64,000 bases of DNA. Origin: an uncultured Actinomycetes bacterium (GTDB lineage: Bacteria; Actinomycetota; UBA4738; HRBIN12). The notes under the pieces were generated by a model that did no database searches, had not been told where the DNA came from, and saw only the letters and a program-made list of their open reading frames with translations. Location of the stretch: NCBI GenBank assembly GCA_963832225.1, contig CAWHTI010000012.1, positions 623,499-687,498 on the forward strand, read 5' to 3'. Shown here one piece after another: positions 47,002-56,269 of the stretch. How positions within the stretch are numbered: position 1 is the first letter of the stretch; the number at the start of each line of letters is the position of its first letter. A program made the translations under genes and the position numbers.

Positions 47002-49726
47002 CCGACCTTCGAACAGGACCTCGCCGACCGCAGCAGCGCCGAGGGCGCGGCGATCTCGCTGTCGGCCCACGCCACCGATCCCGACGACGACACGCTGGCC
47101 TACGCCGCCACGGGGCTGCCGCCGGGGCTGTCGATCGGTCCGACGACCGGCCTGATCACCGGCACGATCTCCGCCGGCGCGGCCGGCGCCAGCCCGTACT
47201 CGGTGAGCGTGACCGTGAGCGACGACGGGTTCGGCACCGTGGGGGCGACCGACACCTTCTCCTGGGCGGTCACCACCCCCCCACCGGCCGACACGATCAC
47301 CTTCCGATCGGCATCGACCGGGGCGAACAACGTTGGCTCCACCGTGGTGATCCCGACGCCGGCCGGCGTGCAATCGGGCGACGTCATGGTGGCCGTCCTG
47401 GACCTGAAGGCCTCGCCGACGGTCACCACCCCGGCGGGATGGACGCTGGTGTCCACCACGCCGAACGGCTCGAACTGCAAGCAGGTCGTGTACGTCCGGG
47501 TCGCGACCGGCTCCGTGCCCGCCTCGACCACCTGGACGATCAACCAGAGCCGGGCGATCTCCGGGGTCATCGTCGCCTACGACGGCGTCTCGACCGCCAA
47601 CCCGATCGAGACGTTCACCGCGGGGATCGGAACCACCGCGAGCATCACGGCGCCCTCGGCCACCTCGAGCCTGGCCGGGGCCAGGGTGATCGGGGCCTTC
47701 GGGATCAACGCCGACGCCGCGATCGCGCCGCCCGCCGGGATGACCGAGCGGGGCGAGGTCGCCTCGGCGACCCGGATCCGCACCGAGGTGGCCGACTTCG
47801 TGCTGGGAACCGCGGGCGCCACCGGCGCCAAGACCGCCGCGGCCGCCGCGGCCGCCGCGAACATCGGCCAGCTGATCGTGCTGCGACCGGGTGGTCCGGC
47901 CGGTCCCAACCAGGACCCGACCTTCGCCCAGAACCTGCCCGACCGCACCGATCCCGCCACGAGCCCGATCACGCTGTCGGCGGGCGCCACCGACCTCGAG
48001 GGCGACACCCTCAGCTACGCCGCCACGGGGCTGCCCACGGGCCTGTCGATCAACGCCACCACCGGCCAGATCACCGGCACGATCGCCGCCGGGGCCACGG
48101 CCAACAGCCCGTATGCCACCTCCATCACCGTGAGCGACGACAACTTCGCCACGGTGGGGGCCACCGACACGTTCACCTGGACCGTCACCGCGGCGCCTCC
48201 GGCACCCCCGATCGCCTTCCGCTCGGTGGCCACGGCGGCCAACAACACCACGACGAGCCTGATCGTGCCCCGCCCGGCCGGCGTGGTGAGCGGTGACGTG
48301 ATGGTGGCCGTCGTCGACGTCCGCCAGAACCCCACGGCCACGGCGCCCGCGGGCTGGAGCGAGGTCTCCATGACCCCCAACGGCACGACCTACCGCCAGT
48401 TCGTCTACACGAAGGTCGCGACCGGCTCCGAGCCCACGAGCTACACGTTCGGGTTCAACCAGAGCCGGCGGGCCTCCGGTGCGATCGCGGCCTACTCGGG
48501 GGTGAGCACCACGAGCCCCGTGGAGTCCTTCACGGCCGCCACCGCCAGCTCGGCCGCTATCACGGCGCCCTCGGCGACCACCGTGGCCACCCAGGCCATG
48601 GTCGTGGGTGCCTTCTCGATCAACAACTCCTCGGCGATCGCCCCGCCCGCCGGCATGACCGAGCGGGCTGAGATCGCCTCGGGCAGCGCCATCAAGACCG
48701 AGGTCGCCGACTACGTCCAGACCTCACCCGGGGCCACCGGGGCCAAGACCGCCACGGCGGCCACGGCCACGGCCAACATCGGCCAGCTGATCGTGCTGCG
48801 CCCCGCCGGCCCGGCCGTGAACCAGGACCCGACGTTCGACCAGAACCTGGCCAACCGCACCAACAACGAGGGTGCGGTGATCTCCCTGTCGGCCCACGCC
48901 ACCGACCCGGAGTCAGACACCCTCACCTACGCGGCCACGGGTCTGCCGACCGGGCTGTCGATCAACACGGCCACGGGCCTGATCACGGGCACGATCTCGG
49001 CCGGGGCGAGCACGAACAGCCCGTTCTCGACCTCCATCACGGTGAGCGACGACAACTTCGCCACCGTGGGCGCCACCGACACGTTCACCTGGACCGTCAC
49101 GACCGGTGGCGGGGGCGGCGGGTCGATCACGTTCCGCTCGGCCTCGTTCGGGGCCAACAACGTCGGCAGTAGCGTCGTGATCCCGACCCCGGCCGGGGTG
49201 CAGGCGGGCGACGTCATGGTGGCCGTGATCGACGCGAAGGCAGGGCCCACGATCACCACGCCCGCGGGCTGGACGCTCGTGACGACGACGCCGAACGGCT
49301 CGAACTTCAAGCAGGCCGTGTACTCGCGGGTAGCCACCGGCTCGGAGGCGGCCTCCACCACCTGGACGATCAACGAGAACCGGGCGGTCTCAGGCGGCAT
49401 CGTCGCCTACAGCGGCGTGAACACCTCGACCCCGGTGGAGGCCTTCAGCGCCGGCACGGGCATCACCACGAGCATCACCGCCCCGTCGGTGACCTCGGCC
49501 CTCAACGGGGCCATGGTGATCGGCGCCTTCGGCATCAACGCCGACTCCACGATCGCTCCGCCCGCCGGGATGACCGAGCGCGGCGAGATCGTGTCGGCCA
49601 CGAGGATCCGCACGCGAGATCTCCGACGTCGTGCTGGCCTCCGCCGGCGCCACCGGCGCCAAGACGGCGACGGCCGCGGCCGCCGCCGCCAACATCGGCC
49701 AGCTGATCGTCCTCCGTCCGGCCTAG
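47002..49726 (+). repeat. Three tandem ~915-bp modules (915 and 912 bp periods)
   Basis: Anchors CCGAC(C/G)TTCG at 47002, 47917 and 48829. Each module has P(T)F(E/A/D)Q(D/N)L...TL(A/S/T)YAATGLP(P/T)GLSI...G(L/Q)ITGTI (putative Ig/dystroglycan-cadherin-like), then a ~190-aa domain ending ..ANIGQLIVLRP. Confidence 0.85.
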
Positions 49727-49742
49727 CGTCGGGAAGGGCTGG

Positions 49743-50093
49743 TCATCCGTTCGGAGGCGGCGGGGGAGCGTCGTCGTCCTTCGATCCGACCGTCCGGCGG
49801 ATCGCCGTCGCCGCCTCGTCGAAGGTCGCGCCGAGCGCGTCGCCCACCGCGTTCAGCGCGTGCTTGAGATCGGCCTTGGCCTCGTCGTCACGGATCGTGG
49901 CGCCGAGTGCGTCGAGGCCACGGGTGATCTGCTCACCGACCTCCTTCGCCGTGTCCTCGAGGGTTCGCTGCGTCTCCCGGGCATCGGCCTCGCCGCCCGC
50001 CTCCGCCTCCTGATATCGCTCGGACAGGCGCTTGCCCAGTGAGGCGAACCGCTCGCCCACGTCGTTCCATGCCTGCTTCGCATCGTCAGCCAT
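49743..50093 (-). CDS. Small helical hypothetical protein
   Basis: Track ORF. ATG after GGAAGGAGA. Charged helical sequence with a Pro-rich tail. Convergent with the giant gene. Confidence 0.55.
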   Translation of the reverse strand: MADDAKQAWNDVGERFASLGKRLSERYQEAEAGGEADARETQRTLEDTAKEVGEQITRGLDALGATIRDDEAKADLKHALNAVGDALGATFDEAATAIRRTVGSKDDDAPPPPPNG

Positions 50094-50260
50094 CGCCGTC
50101 TCCTTCCCACATCACCCACCACCGTCAGCCTACGTCGCTTCCCCGGATCGATGCCTCGGAGGGTGCTCGTCCACCGGCGTTTGACCCGAGGAGATGCCCT
50201 GACCTAGATTCGGGAAGGTCGTGCTCGTGCCGCCACCACCGTTCGAGGAGGAGGATCTCG

Positions 50261-50677
50261 ATGGCTTCTCGTCTCAACCCGTACCTCACGTTCGCGGGCA
50301 ACGCTCGCGAGGCCATGGAGCTCTACCGGGACGTCTTCGGGGGCACGCTGAAGGTGAACACCTTCGGTGAGTTCGGCGGCGACGACCCCGCGATCGCCGA
50401 CAAGGTCATGCACGCCCAGCTCGAGACCGATCGAGGGTTCACGCTGATGGCATCCGATCCACCGCCGCACGCCGAGCCGACCTTCGGCACCAACATCGCG
50501 GTGAGCGTCAGCGGCGAGGACGCCGACGAGCTCCGAGGCTATTGGAAGCAGCTCTCGGACGGCGGCACGGTGACCGTCCCGTTGGAGAAGCAGGTGTGGG
50601 GCGACGAGTTCGGCACCTGCGTGGACCGGTTCGGCGTCCCCTGGATGATCGACATCGTCCAGGCCGAGTCGGCGTAG
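50261..50677 (+). CDS. VOC/glyoxalase-fold protein, PhnB/YjdN-like
   Basis: ATG 50261 after GAGGAGGAGGA, inside track ORF 50039..50677. NPYLTFAGNAREAMELYRDVFGG...VMHAQL...LMASD...FGVPWMI is the typical PhnB-like pattern. Confidence 0.8.
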   Translation: MASRLNPYLTFAGNAREAMELYRDVFGGTLKVNTFGEFGGDDPAIADKVMHAQLETDRGFTLMASDPPPHAEPTFGTNIAVSVSGEDADELRGYWKQLSDGGTVTVPLEKQVWGDEFGTCVDRFGVPWMIDIVQAESA

Positions 50678-50682
50678 CGGCG

Positions 50683-52470
50683 CTACGGTCGGACGACGAG
50701 GATCCGGTCGTCGTAGGTGTCGCTCACGTACACCGCCCCGTCCGGCCCGACGGTGACCGACGACGGCGCCGCGAGCCCGGTGATCGCGTCGACGAACGCT
50801 CCCCGGTCGTCGAGTTGGACGAGGCGGCCGTGGCCGGTGTCCGCGACGAAGATGCGCCCCTCGGCGTCGGTCGCCACCCCTCCGGGGCGCGCGCAGCTGC
50901 ACGGGATCGCTCGGAGCCAGGTGAGATCGTCACCGCCTGGCGTCACGGCGATCTCGACGACCCGGTTGTGGAGTGAGTCGGCAACCCAGATGTGGCTCGT
51001 GAGTGGGTCGATCCAGACCCCGCGTGGGGCGTTGAACGACTCCTGTGATCCGCCCTCGTAGGTCGAGATCACGGTCCGCGTGTCCACGTTCCAGATCGAG
51101 AGCCGGTCGTTGTTCGTGTCGGCCACGACCGCCAGGCCGTCCGATGCGCGGATGGCCACCGCGTCCGGCCAGTTCAGGTTCGAGCCCCCGGATCCGGCGG
51201 AGGACAGGATCGCGACGCCGCCGCAGTCGGCGCGCAGCACCTGCAATCGGCTCTGCTTCGTATCGGCCACCCACAGGTTCCCGGTCGCGGGGTCGACGGC
51301 CACGTCTCGCGGCCAGTTGAACTCTCCGATGCCCCATCCGCGCGCTCCGCACTTGCCCAAGATCCCGCCGTCCGGCTGCATGTGGACGATCCGCTGGTTG
51401 ACCGAGTCGGTCGCCCAGATCGTCCCATCCGGCGCCAGGTCGACGCCGCGGACCTCGTTGAAGACCCGATCCGGCTCCAGCGGCGCCGGGCCGGTCCCGA
51501 TCGTCTGCGCGTAGGTGTAGCCGGACGCCGAGCGGTCGAACCGTTCCAGCCTCCCCTGCCACAGGTCCGCACCCCAGATGTCGCCGTCGGCCGCGACCGC
51601 GACCCGGCGGAGGGAGTTGAACGTGCCCGGGTCGGGGTACGTGCCCAGCGATCCGATCGTGGCGATCAGCTGCCCGTTGCGACGGAACTCCTGGATCCGC
51701 CCATTGTTCGAATCGGCGACGTACACGGCCTGCGCACCGATCACGGGATCGCGCGCGATCCGTACCCCGTACGGGTTCTTGAACTCCCCGGGGTCGGAGC
51801 CCTTCATCCCCCACACGTCGAGACAGCTGCCGCTCGCCGAGAATTTCAGCACGGTGTTCGACGTGTAGTTCGCGACGTACACGTTGCCTGCCTTGTCCGC
51901 GTCCACATCGCGGAGCGGGGCCATCTGACAGGCGCCCTCCGATCCGATCGTGCGGAGTTGGTTCCCCGAGGTGTCGAAGACACGAACCAGCTTCTTCCCA
52001 GCGTCCGCGACGTAGACGAGGTTTCCCGAGACGGTGATGCCCATGGGAAAGACGATCTGGTCATCCGCCGGACCCTTCCACGAATCGAGCCATGTCCCAT
52101 CGGCCGAGAGTTTCACGATCCTGCGGTTCGCGGTGTCGGCCACGTAGATCGTGCCGGCGCCGTCGACGCCGACGTCGCGCGGGTTCGAGAAGCCGCCGAC
52201 CTGGCTCCCGAACGAGCCGACCTTCCACCGCAGCTCGCCGTGTCGGTCGAACTTCTCGATCCGGTTGTTCCCGGTGTCCGCGACCACGATCGACCGGGCG
52301 GAGATCTCGAGGCCCGAGGGGTACATCTCGGCGTGCCCGGGTCCGCCCAAGCTCGCCTCGACGTGCAGGGTCGACGAGGCGGCGAGCGCGGGCGGAGCCT
52401 GGAAGCCGCCGGCCGACACGGCGAGCAGGCAGACGAGCAGGGGGGGGACGAGGCGGCGCCAGTGGATCAC
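50683..52470 (-). CDS. Secreted NHL-repeat beta-propeller protein (two propellers)
   Basis: Track ORF 50683..52569 trimmed to GTG 52470 (start uncertain, signal peptide LLVCLLAVSAGG). About 12 NHL-type units: VADTGNNRIEKF, VADTANRRIVKL, VADSNNGRIQEF, TDSVNQRIVHM, VADTKQSRLQVL, VADTNNDRLSIW, VADSLHNRVVEI, VADTGHGRLVQL, VSDTYDDRILVV. Confidence 0.85.
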   Translation of the reverse strand: MIHWRRLVPPLLVCLLAVSAGGFQAPPALAASSTLHVEASLGGPGHAEMYPSGLEISARSIVVADTGNNRIEKFDRHGELRWKVGSFGSQVGGFSNPRDVGVDGAGTIYVADTANRRIVKLSADGTWLDSWKGPADDQIVFPMGITVSGNLVYVADAGKKLVRVFDTSGNQLRTIGSEGACQMAPLRDVDADKAGNVYVANYTSNTVLKFSASGSCLDVWGMKGSDPGEFKNPYGVRIARDPVIGAQAVYVADSNNGRIQEFRRNGQLIATIGSLGTYPDPGTFNSLRRVAVAADGDIWGADLWQGRLERFDRSASGYTYAQTIGTGPAPLEPDRVFNEVRGVDLAPDGTIWATDSVNQRIVHMQPDGGILGKCGARGWGIGEFNWPRDVAVDPATGNLWVADTKQSRLQVLRADCGGVAILSSAGSGGSNLNWPDAVAIRASDGLAVVADTNNDRLSIWNVDTRTVISTYEGGSQESFNAPRGVWIDPLTSHIWVADSLHNRVVEIAVTPGGDDLTWLRAIPCSCARPGGVATDAEGRIFVADTGHGRLVQLDDRGAFVDAITGLAAPSSVTVGPDGAVYVSDTYDDRILVVRP

Positions 52471-52589
52471 CGAGACAGGGTTCCCCTCGGCGCACCTCCG
52501 GAAACGAGGCCTCGGATGCAGGGCATCTCGGAGGCCTGGGCACGCGACCCGGATATCTCGAGGCGGCACCCTCGTACTACGATGCGGCC

Positions 52590-54548
52590 GTGGTCGAACG
52601 ATACGCCGACCCGGTCGCTGCGGGGCGCGACGCGCTGGAGCGCCACGCGTGGAACGAGGCGTACGACGTGCTCACGGCCGCGGACGGCGCTGGCTCGCTC
52701 GACGGCGAGGGGCTGACCCTGCTCGCCGGTGCGGCGTACTGGACCGCACACCCCGACCAGACCGTCGAGTACCTCGAGCGTTCGTACGGCGCGTTCCTGG
52801 AGCAGGGCGACCGTGCGTCCGCATCGATGGTCGCGTTCAGGGTCGCCGAGCAGCACGGGATGCGGATGGCGCTCCCGCAAGCACAGGGGTGGGCCGCACG
52901 GGCGATGCGCCTGGCCGAGAAAGAGCCGACCTGGCCGGTCCACGGGTGGCTGACCTGGATGCACGGATTGCTCGCTTGGTTCGCCGCCGACTTCGAGACG
53001 GCCGTCTCAGACTACGACACGGCCATGGAGTTCGCGTCGACGTCGGAGGATCGGGATCTGTACTGGATGAGCGTACACGACAAGGGACACGCACTCTGCC
53101 TCCTCGGCCGGGTGGCTGAGGGGAAGGCCCTGCTGGACGAGGCGATGGTGGCGGTCGTCGGCGGGGAACTCGGGCCGGATGCGGCAGGATACGTGTACTG
53201 CGGCATGATCGGGGCGTGTTCGAAGCTCGGCGACTACGGTCGCGCTGCCGAGTGGACCGACGCCACGCTCCGTTGGTGCGAACGCGAGTCGGTCCCGGCG
53301 TTCCCCGGGGTGTGTCGTATCCACCGGGCGGAGCTGATGCGGCTCCGCGGTTCTCTGGTCGAGGCGGAGGAGCAGGCTCGGATCGCGTGTGAGGAGCTCC
53401 CGCGGTTCAACTTCTACTCGGGGCTCGGTCCGGCCAACTTCGAGATCGGCGAGGTGCGCCGCCGGCTCGGAGATCTCAAGGGTGCCGAGGAGGCGTATGC
53501 CCTAGCTCTGGAGCACGGCTACGACCCGCAGCCAGGTCTCTCGCTCGCACAGCTGGGGCGCGGCGATGTGCAGGCGGCGGCCGCGGGGATCGGACGGGCG
53601 GTGCTCGGAGCGGGCGACAATCATTGTCGGCGAGTGCGCCTGCTCGCCGCGCAGGCTGAGATCGCTCTGGCCGGCGACGACCTGGAGACCGCGACGGCGG
53701 CGAGCGAGGAGCTCACGACGCTCGTGACCGAGTTCGAGGCCGTGGCGGTGGATGCGCTTGCGGCAGTCGTCCACGGCGCGGTCCGGCTGGCCCAGGGGGA
53801 TCCCGAGGAGGCGGTTCACCAGCTGCACCGTGCGGAGGAGGGATGGCGGCAGGTGGGGGCGCCGTACGAGATCGCCGAGGTGCGAGCACTCCTGGGCCGA
53901 GCGTTCCATGCCCTCGGCGACGACGGCGCCGCTCTCATCGAGCTCACCACCGCCCACGCTACGTTCGAGCGCCTCGGGGCTCGCCCGGCGGCGGATGTCG
54001 CTGCTCAGCTCCTGGGGGAGATCCGGGGCGTCGAGGTGCACGACCGCGTCGCCCGCGCGTTCATGTTCACCGACATCGTGAAGTCGACGGACCTCGTCGG
54101 GGTCATCGGCGACGAAGCCTGGGAGGACCTACTCAGCTGGCACGATCAGACACTCGGCGCCGAGTTCGCCGTCCATGGCGGTGCGATCGCCCACCACACG
54201 GGCGACGGGTTCTTCGTCACGTTCGACGATGCGCGCTCCGCCCTGGCGTGCGCCATCGGGGTGCAGCGGGCGCTCGCCGAGCATCGACGTGCCCACGGCT
54301 TCGCTCCGGCCGTGCGGATCGGCGTGCACGTCGCGGAGGCCACCCGACGGGGACAGGACTACAGCGGGGGCGAGGTGCACAAGGCCGCCCGGATCGCGGC
54401 GCTGGCCGAGGGCGGGGAGGTCATCGCCAGCGTCGACGCGGTGCGCGAGGCGGGTGGATCCGTTCGTGCCGGCGGCGCGACGACCGTGACGCTGAAGGGC
54501 GTCGCGGAGCCGGTCGAGGTCGCCCGGGTCGACTGGCGCGCAGACTAG
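52590..54548 (+). CDS. TPR-like helical sensor + class III adenylate/guanylate cyclase
   Basis: 3' two-thirds of track ORF 52092..54548. The upstream part is antisense shadow of the NHL gene. There is no in-frame ATG near the 5' end, so GTG 52590 was chosen (uncertain). Cyclase motifs AFMFTDIVKSTDL and HHTGDGFFVTFD. Confidence 0.75.
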   Translation: MVERYADPVAAGRDALERHAWNEAYDVLTAADGAGSLDGEGLTLLAGAAYWTAHPDQTVEYLERSYGAFLEQGDRASASMVAFRVAEQHGMRMALPQAQGWAARAMRLAEKEPTWPVHGWLTWMHGLLAWFAADFETAVSDYDTAMEFASTSEDRDLYWMSVHDKGHALCLLGRVAEGKALLDEAMVAVVGGELGPDAAGYVYCGMIGACSKLGDYGRAAEWTDATLRWCERESVPAFPGVCRIHRAELMRLRGSLVEAEEQARIACEELPRFNFYSGLGPANFEIGEVRRRLGDLKGAEEAYALALEHGYDPQPGLSLAQLGRGDVQAAAAGIGRAVLGAGDNHCRRVRLLAAQAEIALAGDDLETATAASEELTTLVTEFEAVAVDALAAVVHGAVRLAQGDPEEAVHQLHRAEEGWRQVGAPYEIAEVRALLGRAFHALGDDGAALIELTTAHATFERLGARPAADVAAQLLGEIRGVEVHDRVARAFMFTDIVKSTDLVGVIGDEAWEDLLSWHDQTLGAEFAVHGGAIAHHTGDGFFVTFDDARSALACAIGVQRALAEHRRAHGFAPAVRIGVHVAEATRRGQDYSGGEVHKAARIAALAEGGEVIASVDAVREAGGSVRAGGATTVTLKGVAEPVEVARVDWRAD

Positions 54549-54651
54549 ACCACTACGTGCTCGACGCCCGACGGGGGAGAGGCGTGACGCCCCATCGGGG
54601 CGGACGGCGTCCCCCCGTCCGCGTGTCGCCGGGTGGCGGTATCGTCCCGTC

Positions 54652-55488
54652 GTGGCCAAGCTCACTGCCAGCGAGCGGGTGAAGCTGCCGGAGCGGGCGT
54701 TCGCCTACGTGGGCTCCGACGGGCGGCGGCGTCTCCCGATCCACGACGAGGCCCACGTGCGCAACGCCCTCGCGCGCTTCGATCGGGTCGCCTTCGAGGA
54801 TGACGCCGCCCGCGATCGAGCTCGTCGCCGGTTGCTCCAGGCCGCCAAACGGTTCGGCATCGTACCCGTCGGGTTCATGGACGGCCAGGTCCGCTCCGAG
54901 CGAGATGTCCGCTCGCCCGACCTCTCGTCGCTGCCCACCGGGGCCGTCACCTTCCTGCTCACCGACATCGAGGGCTCGACCGCGCTCCTCCGGCGCCTCC
55001 GCGACGGCTACGCGCCGCTGATCCGGGACGTTCGGAGTCTGATCGGCGCATCCGTGCGGAAGGCCGGGGGCCGGAAGGTCGACGCCCACGGCGACGAGTT
55101 CCTGGCGGTCTTCGCGCGCCCGGCGCCGGCCCTGCTGGCGGCCGTGGAGATCCAGCGAGCCCTGCTCGAGCGGACCTGGCCCCGCGGCCTCGAGGTCCGC
55201 CTGCGCGCCGGGATCCACGGGGGCCGGCCCAACCTCACCGAGTCCGGGTACGTGGGACTGGCGGTCCACACGGTCCGCCGCGTGTGCTCGGTCGGCCACG
55301 GCGGACAGATCGTCGTCTCCGCGCAGACGAGGTCCGCGGCGGCCCGGGCGATGCCCGGGGGGATCCGCCTGCGCACCTTGGGGAGCCACCGCCTCGCCGG
55401 GCTCCCACGCGCCACGGCGCTCTTCCAGCTCGAAGCCGAGGGGCTGGGGAGGCAGTTCCCGCCGCTGCGGATCTTCCCCGGCACGTGA
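54652..55488 (+). CDS. Class III adenylate/guanylate cyclase with unassigned ~75-aa N-terminal module
   Basis: Track ORF (GTG start). N-terminal LPERAFAYVGSDGRRRLPIHDEAHVRNALARFDRVAFED. Cyclase motifs VTFLLTDIEGSTAL and DAHGDEFLAVFA. Confidence 0.75.
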   Translation: MAKLTASERVKLPERAFAYVGSDGRRRLPIHDEAHVRNALARFDRVAFEDDAARDRARRRLLQAAKRFGIVPVGFMDGQVRSERDVRSPDLSSLPTGAVTFLLTDIEGSTALLRRLRDGYAPLIRDVRSLIGASVRKAGGRKVDAHGDEFLAVFARPAPALLAAVEIQRALLERTWPRGLEVRLRAGIHGGRPNLTESGYVGLAVHTVRRVCSVGHGGQIVVSAQTRSAAARAMPGGIRLRTLGSHRLAGLPRATALFQLEAEGLGRQFPPLRIFPGT

Positions 55489-55568
55489 GTTCGCGTCGAT
55501 CCTCGTGCGTTCGCCGCTCGTGACAGGCGAGACCCGCCTCCGGGCCCCGCCTGACACCTCGGCTCGAA

Positions 55569-56018
55569 CTAGACGCAGTTCGCTGGTTGAGGCTCGTCGA
55601 TCCTCGTCGATCCTCCGATCGGCACGCCGAGGAACGTCTGGTTCATCACTGCGACGACGTCCCCCTCGTTCCGCACCTGATGGACCTGGCTGGGATGTAC
55701 GACGAACGCCTCACCCGCCTCGTACGTGGTGCCGGCGCAGCTCGGGTCGCTCGCGAGATACAGCGTGACGGAGCCGCGGGCGACCCCGATCAACTCCTTG
55801 CCGGGATGCCGAAGCCACCCCGTGAAGGCGCCCGGAGCAAGACTCAGCTCCGAGACCACCATGTCGCGGTCCTCGAAATGAGCGGTGAACTTCGCCCTCG
55901 TCTCTCGACCGTATTCGACGCTCACGACCCCGGAGCTCGGCGTCGCCAGCGCGAACCCCGCAACCGCCGTCCCCATCGCGAGCGCGAGGACGGCGAACAT
56001 GATCAGTTTGCGCTTCAC
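55569..56018 (-). CDS. Secreted cupin domain protein
   Basis: Track ORF 55569..56051 trimmed to GTG 56018 (GGAGGGG upstream). Signal peptide. GWLRHPG ... GEAFVVHPSQVHQVRNEG (cupin motifs). Confidence 0.7.
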   Translation of the reverse strand: MKRKLIMFAVLALAMGTAVAGFALATPSSGVVSVEYGRETRAKFTAHFEDRDMVVSELSLAPGAFTGWLRHPGKELIGVARGSVTLYLASDPSCAGTTYEAGEAFVVHPSQVHQVRNEGDVVAVMNQTFLGVPIGGSTRIDEPQPANCV

Positions 56019-56269
56019 GTTCCCCTCCGACCTATCGAGCGGGCAGCTCACTCGGTCAGGCCGAAGGTGGTGGCGGTCCCCGGGCGCAGCCGACGAACGG
56101 AAGCTCTTGCGTGGGACGTGGGGCCGATCGATTCCTGCCTACGGTCACCTCCGAGGCGGGCATCCGCGAGCATGGTCCGAAGGTCATCGACTGTCAAAGT
56201 GGACACACGGCCTCGAGTCGGCGACCTTTGAGGATCACGCGTTCTGTGACAGCGCATGACGGCGAGACC

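Larger units (their letters stand above)
41552..49726 (+). pseudogene. Giant secreted LamG x4 / metallophosphoesterase / Ig-like x4 / (cadherin-like Ig + unassigned ~190-aa domain) x3 protein gene, interrupted by three +1 frameshifts
   Basis: The track splits it into 41552..44893, 44709..46031 and 43666..50013. Domain continuity across frames: DVRFYGRPSG | PATPEDFTIVAIPDTQHY (shift in the G4C3 run 44746-44752); DSSDELNTQ | FVTHLGDVTEH (extra G at 44885/6); SATRIRT | EISDVVLASAGATGAKTA..NIGQLIVLRPA-stop (extra C at 49615; TAG at 49724-49726). Signal peptide at the N-terminus. About 2,723 codons if repaired. Confidence 0.75.

Noticed and set aside
44740-49620. Programmed +1 ribosomal frameshifting as an explanation for the three frame changes in the giant gene
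   Set aside because: The three sites share no slippery or stall motif and have no prfB-like CUU-UGA context with an upstream SD. The simplest model is single-base insertions or sequencing errors.
43666-50013. Taking the 2,115-aa track ORF at face value
   Set aside because: Its first ~400 codons (43666-44880) are an Arg-rich wrong frame over LamG-coding DNA. Its last ~130 codons (49616-50013) are a wrong frame that runs through the true stop at 49724 and into the convergent gene.
56192-56207. CRP-like site TGTCA-N6-ACACA (and TGTGA-N6-ATGAC at 56245-56260) upstream of the cupin gene, tempting because of the many cyclases
   Set aside because: Only 8 of 10 and 7 of 10 consensus positions match. 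No CRP-family gene is in the window, and such near-matches are expected by chance. This is not enough to call a site.
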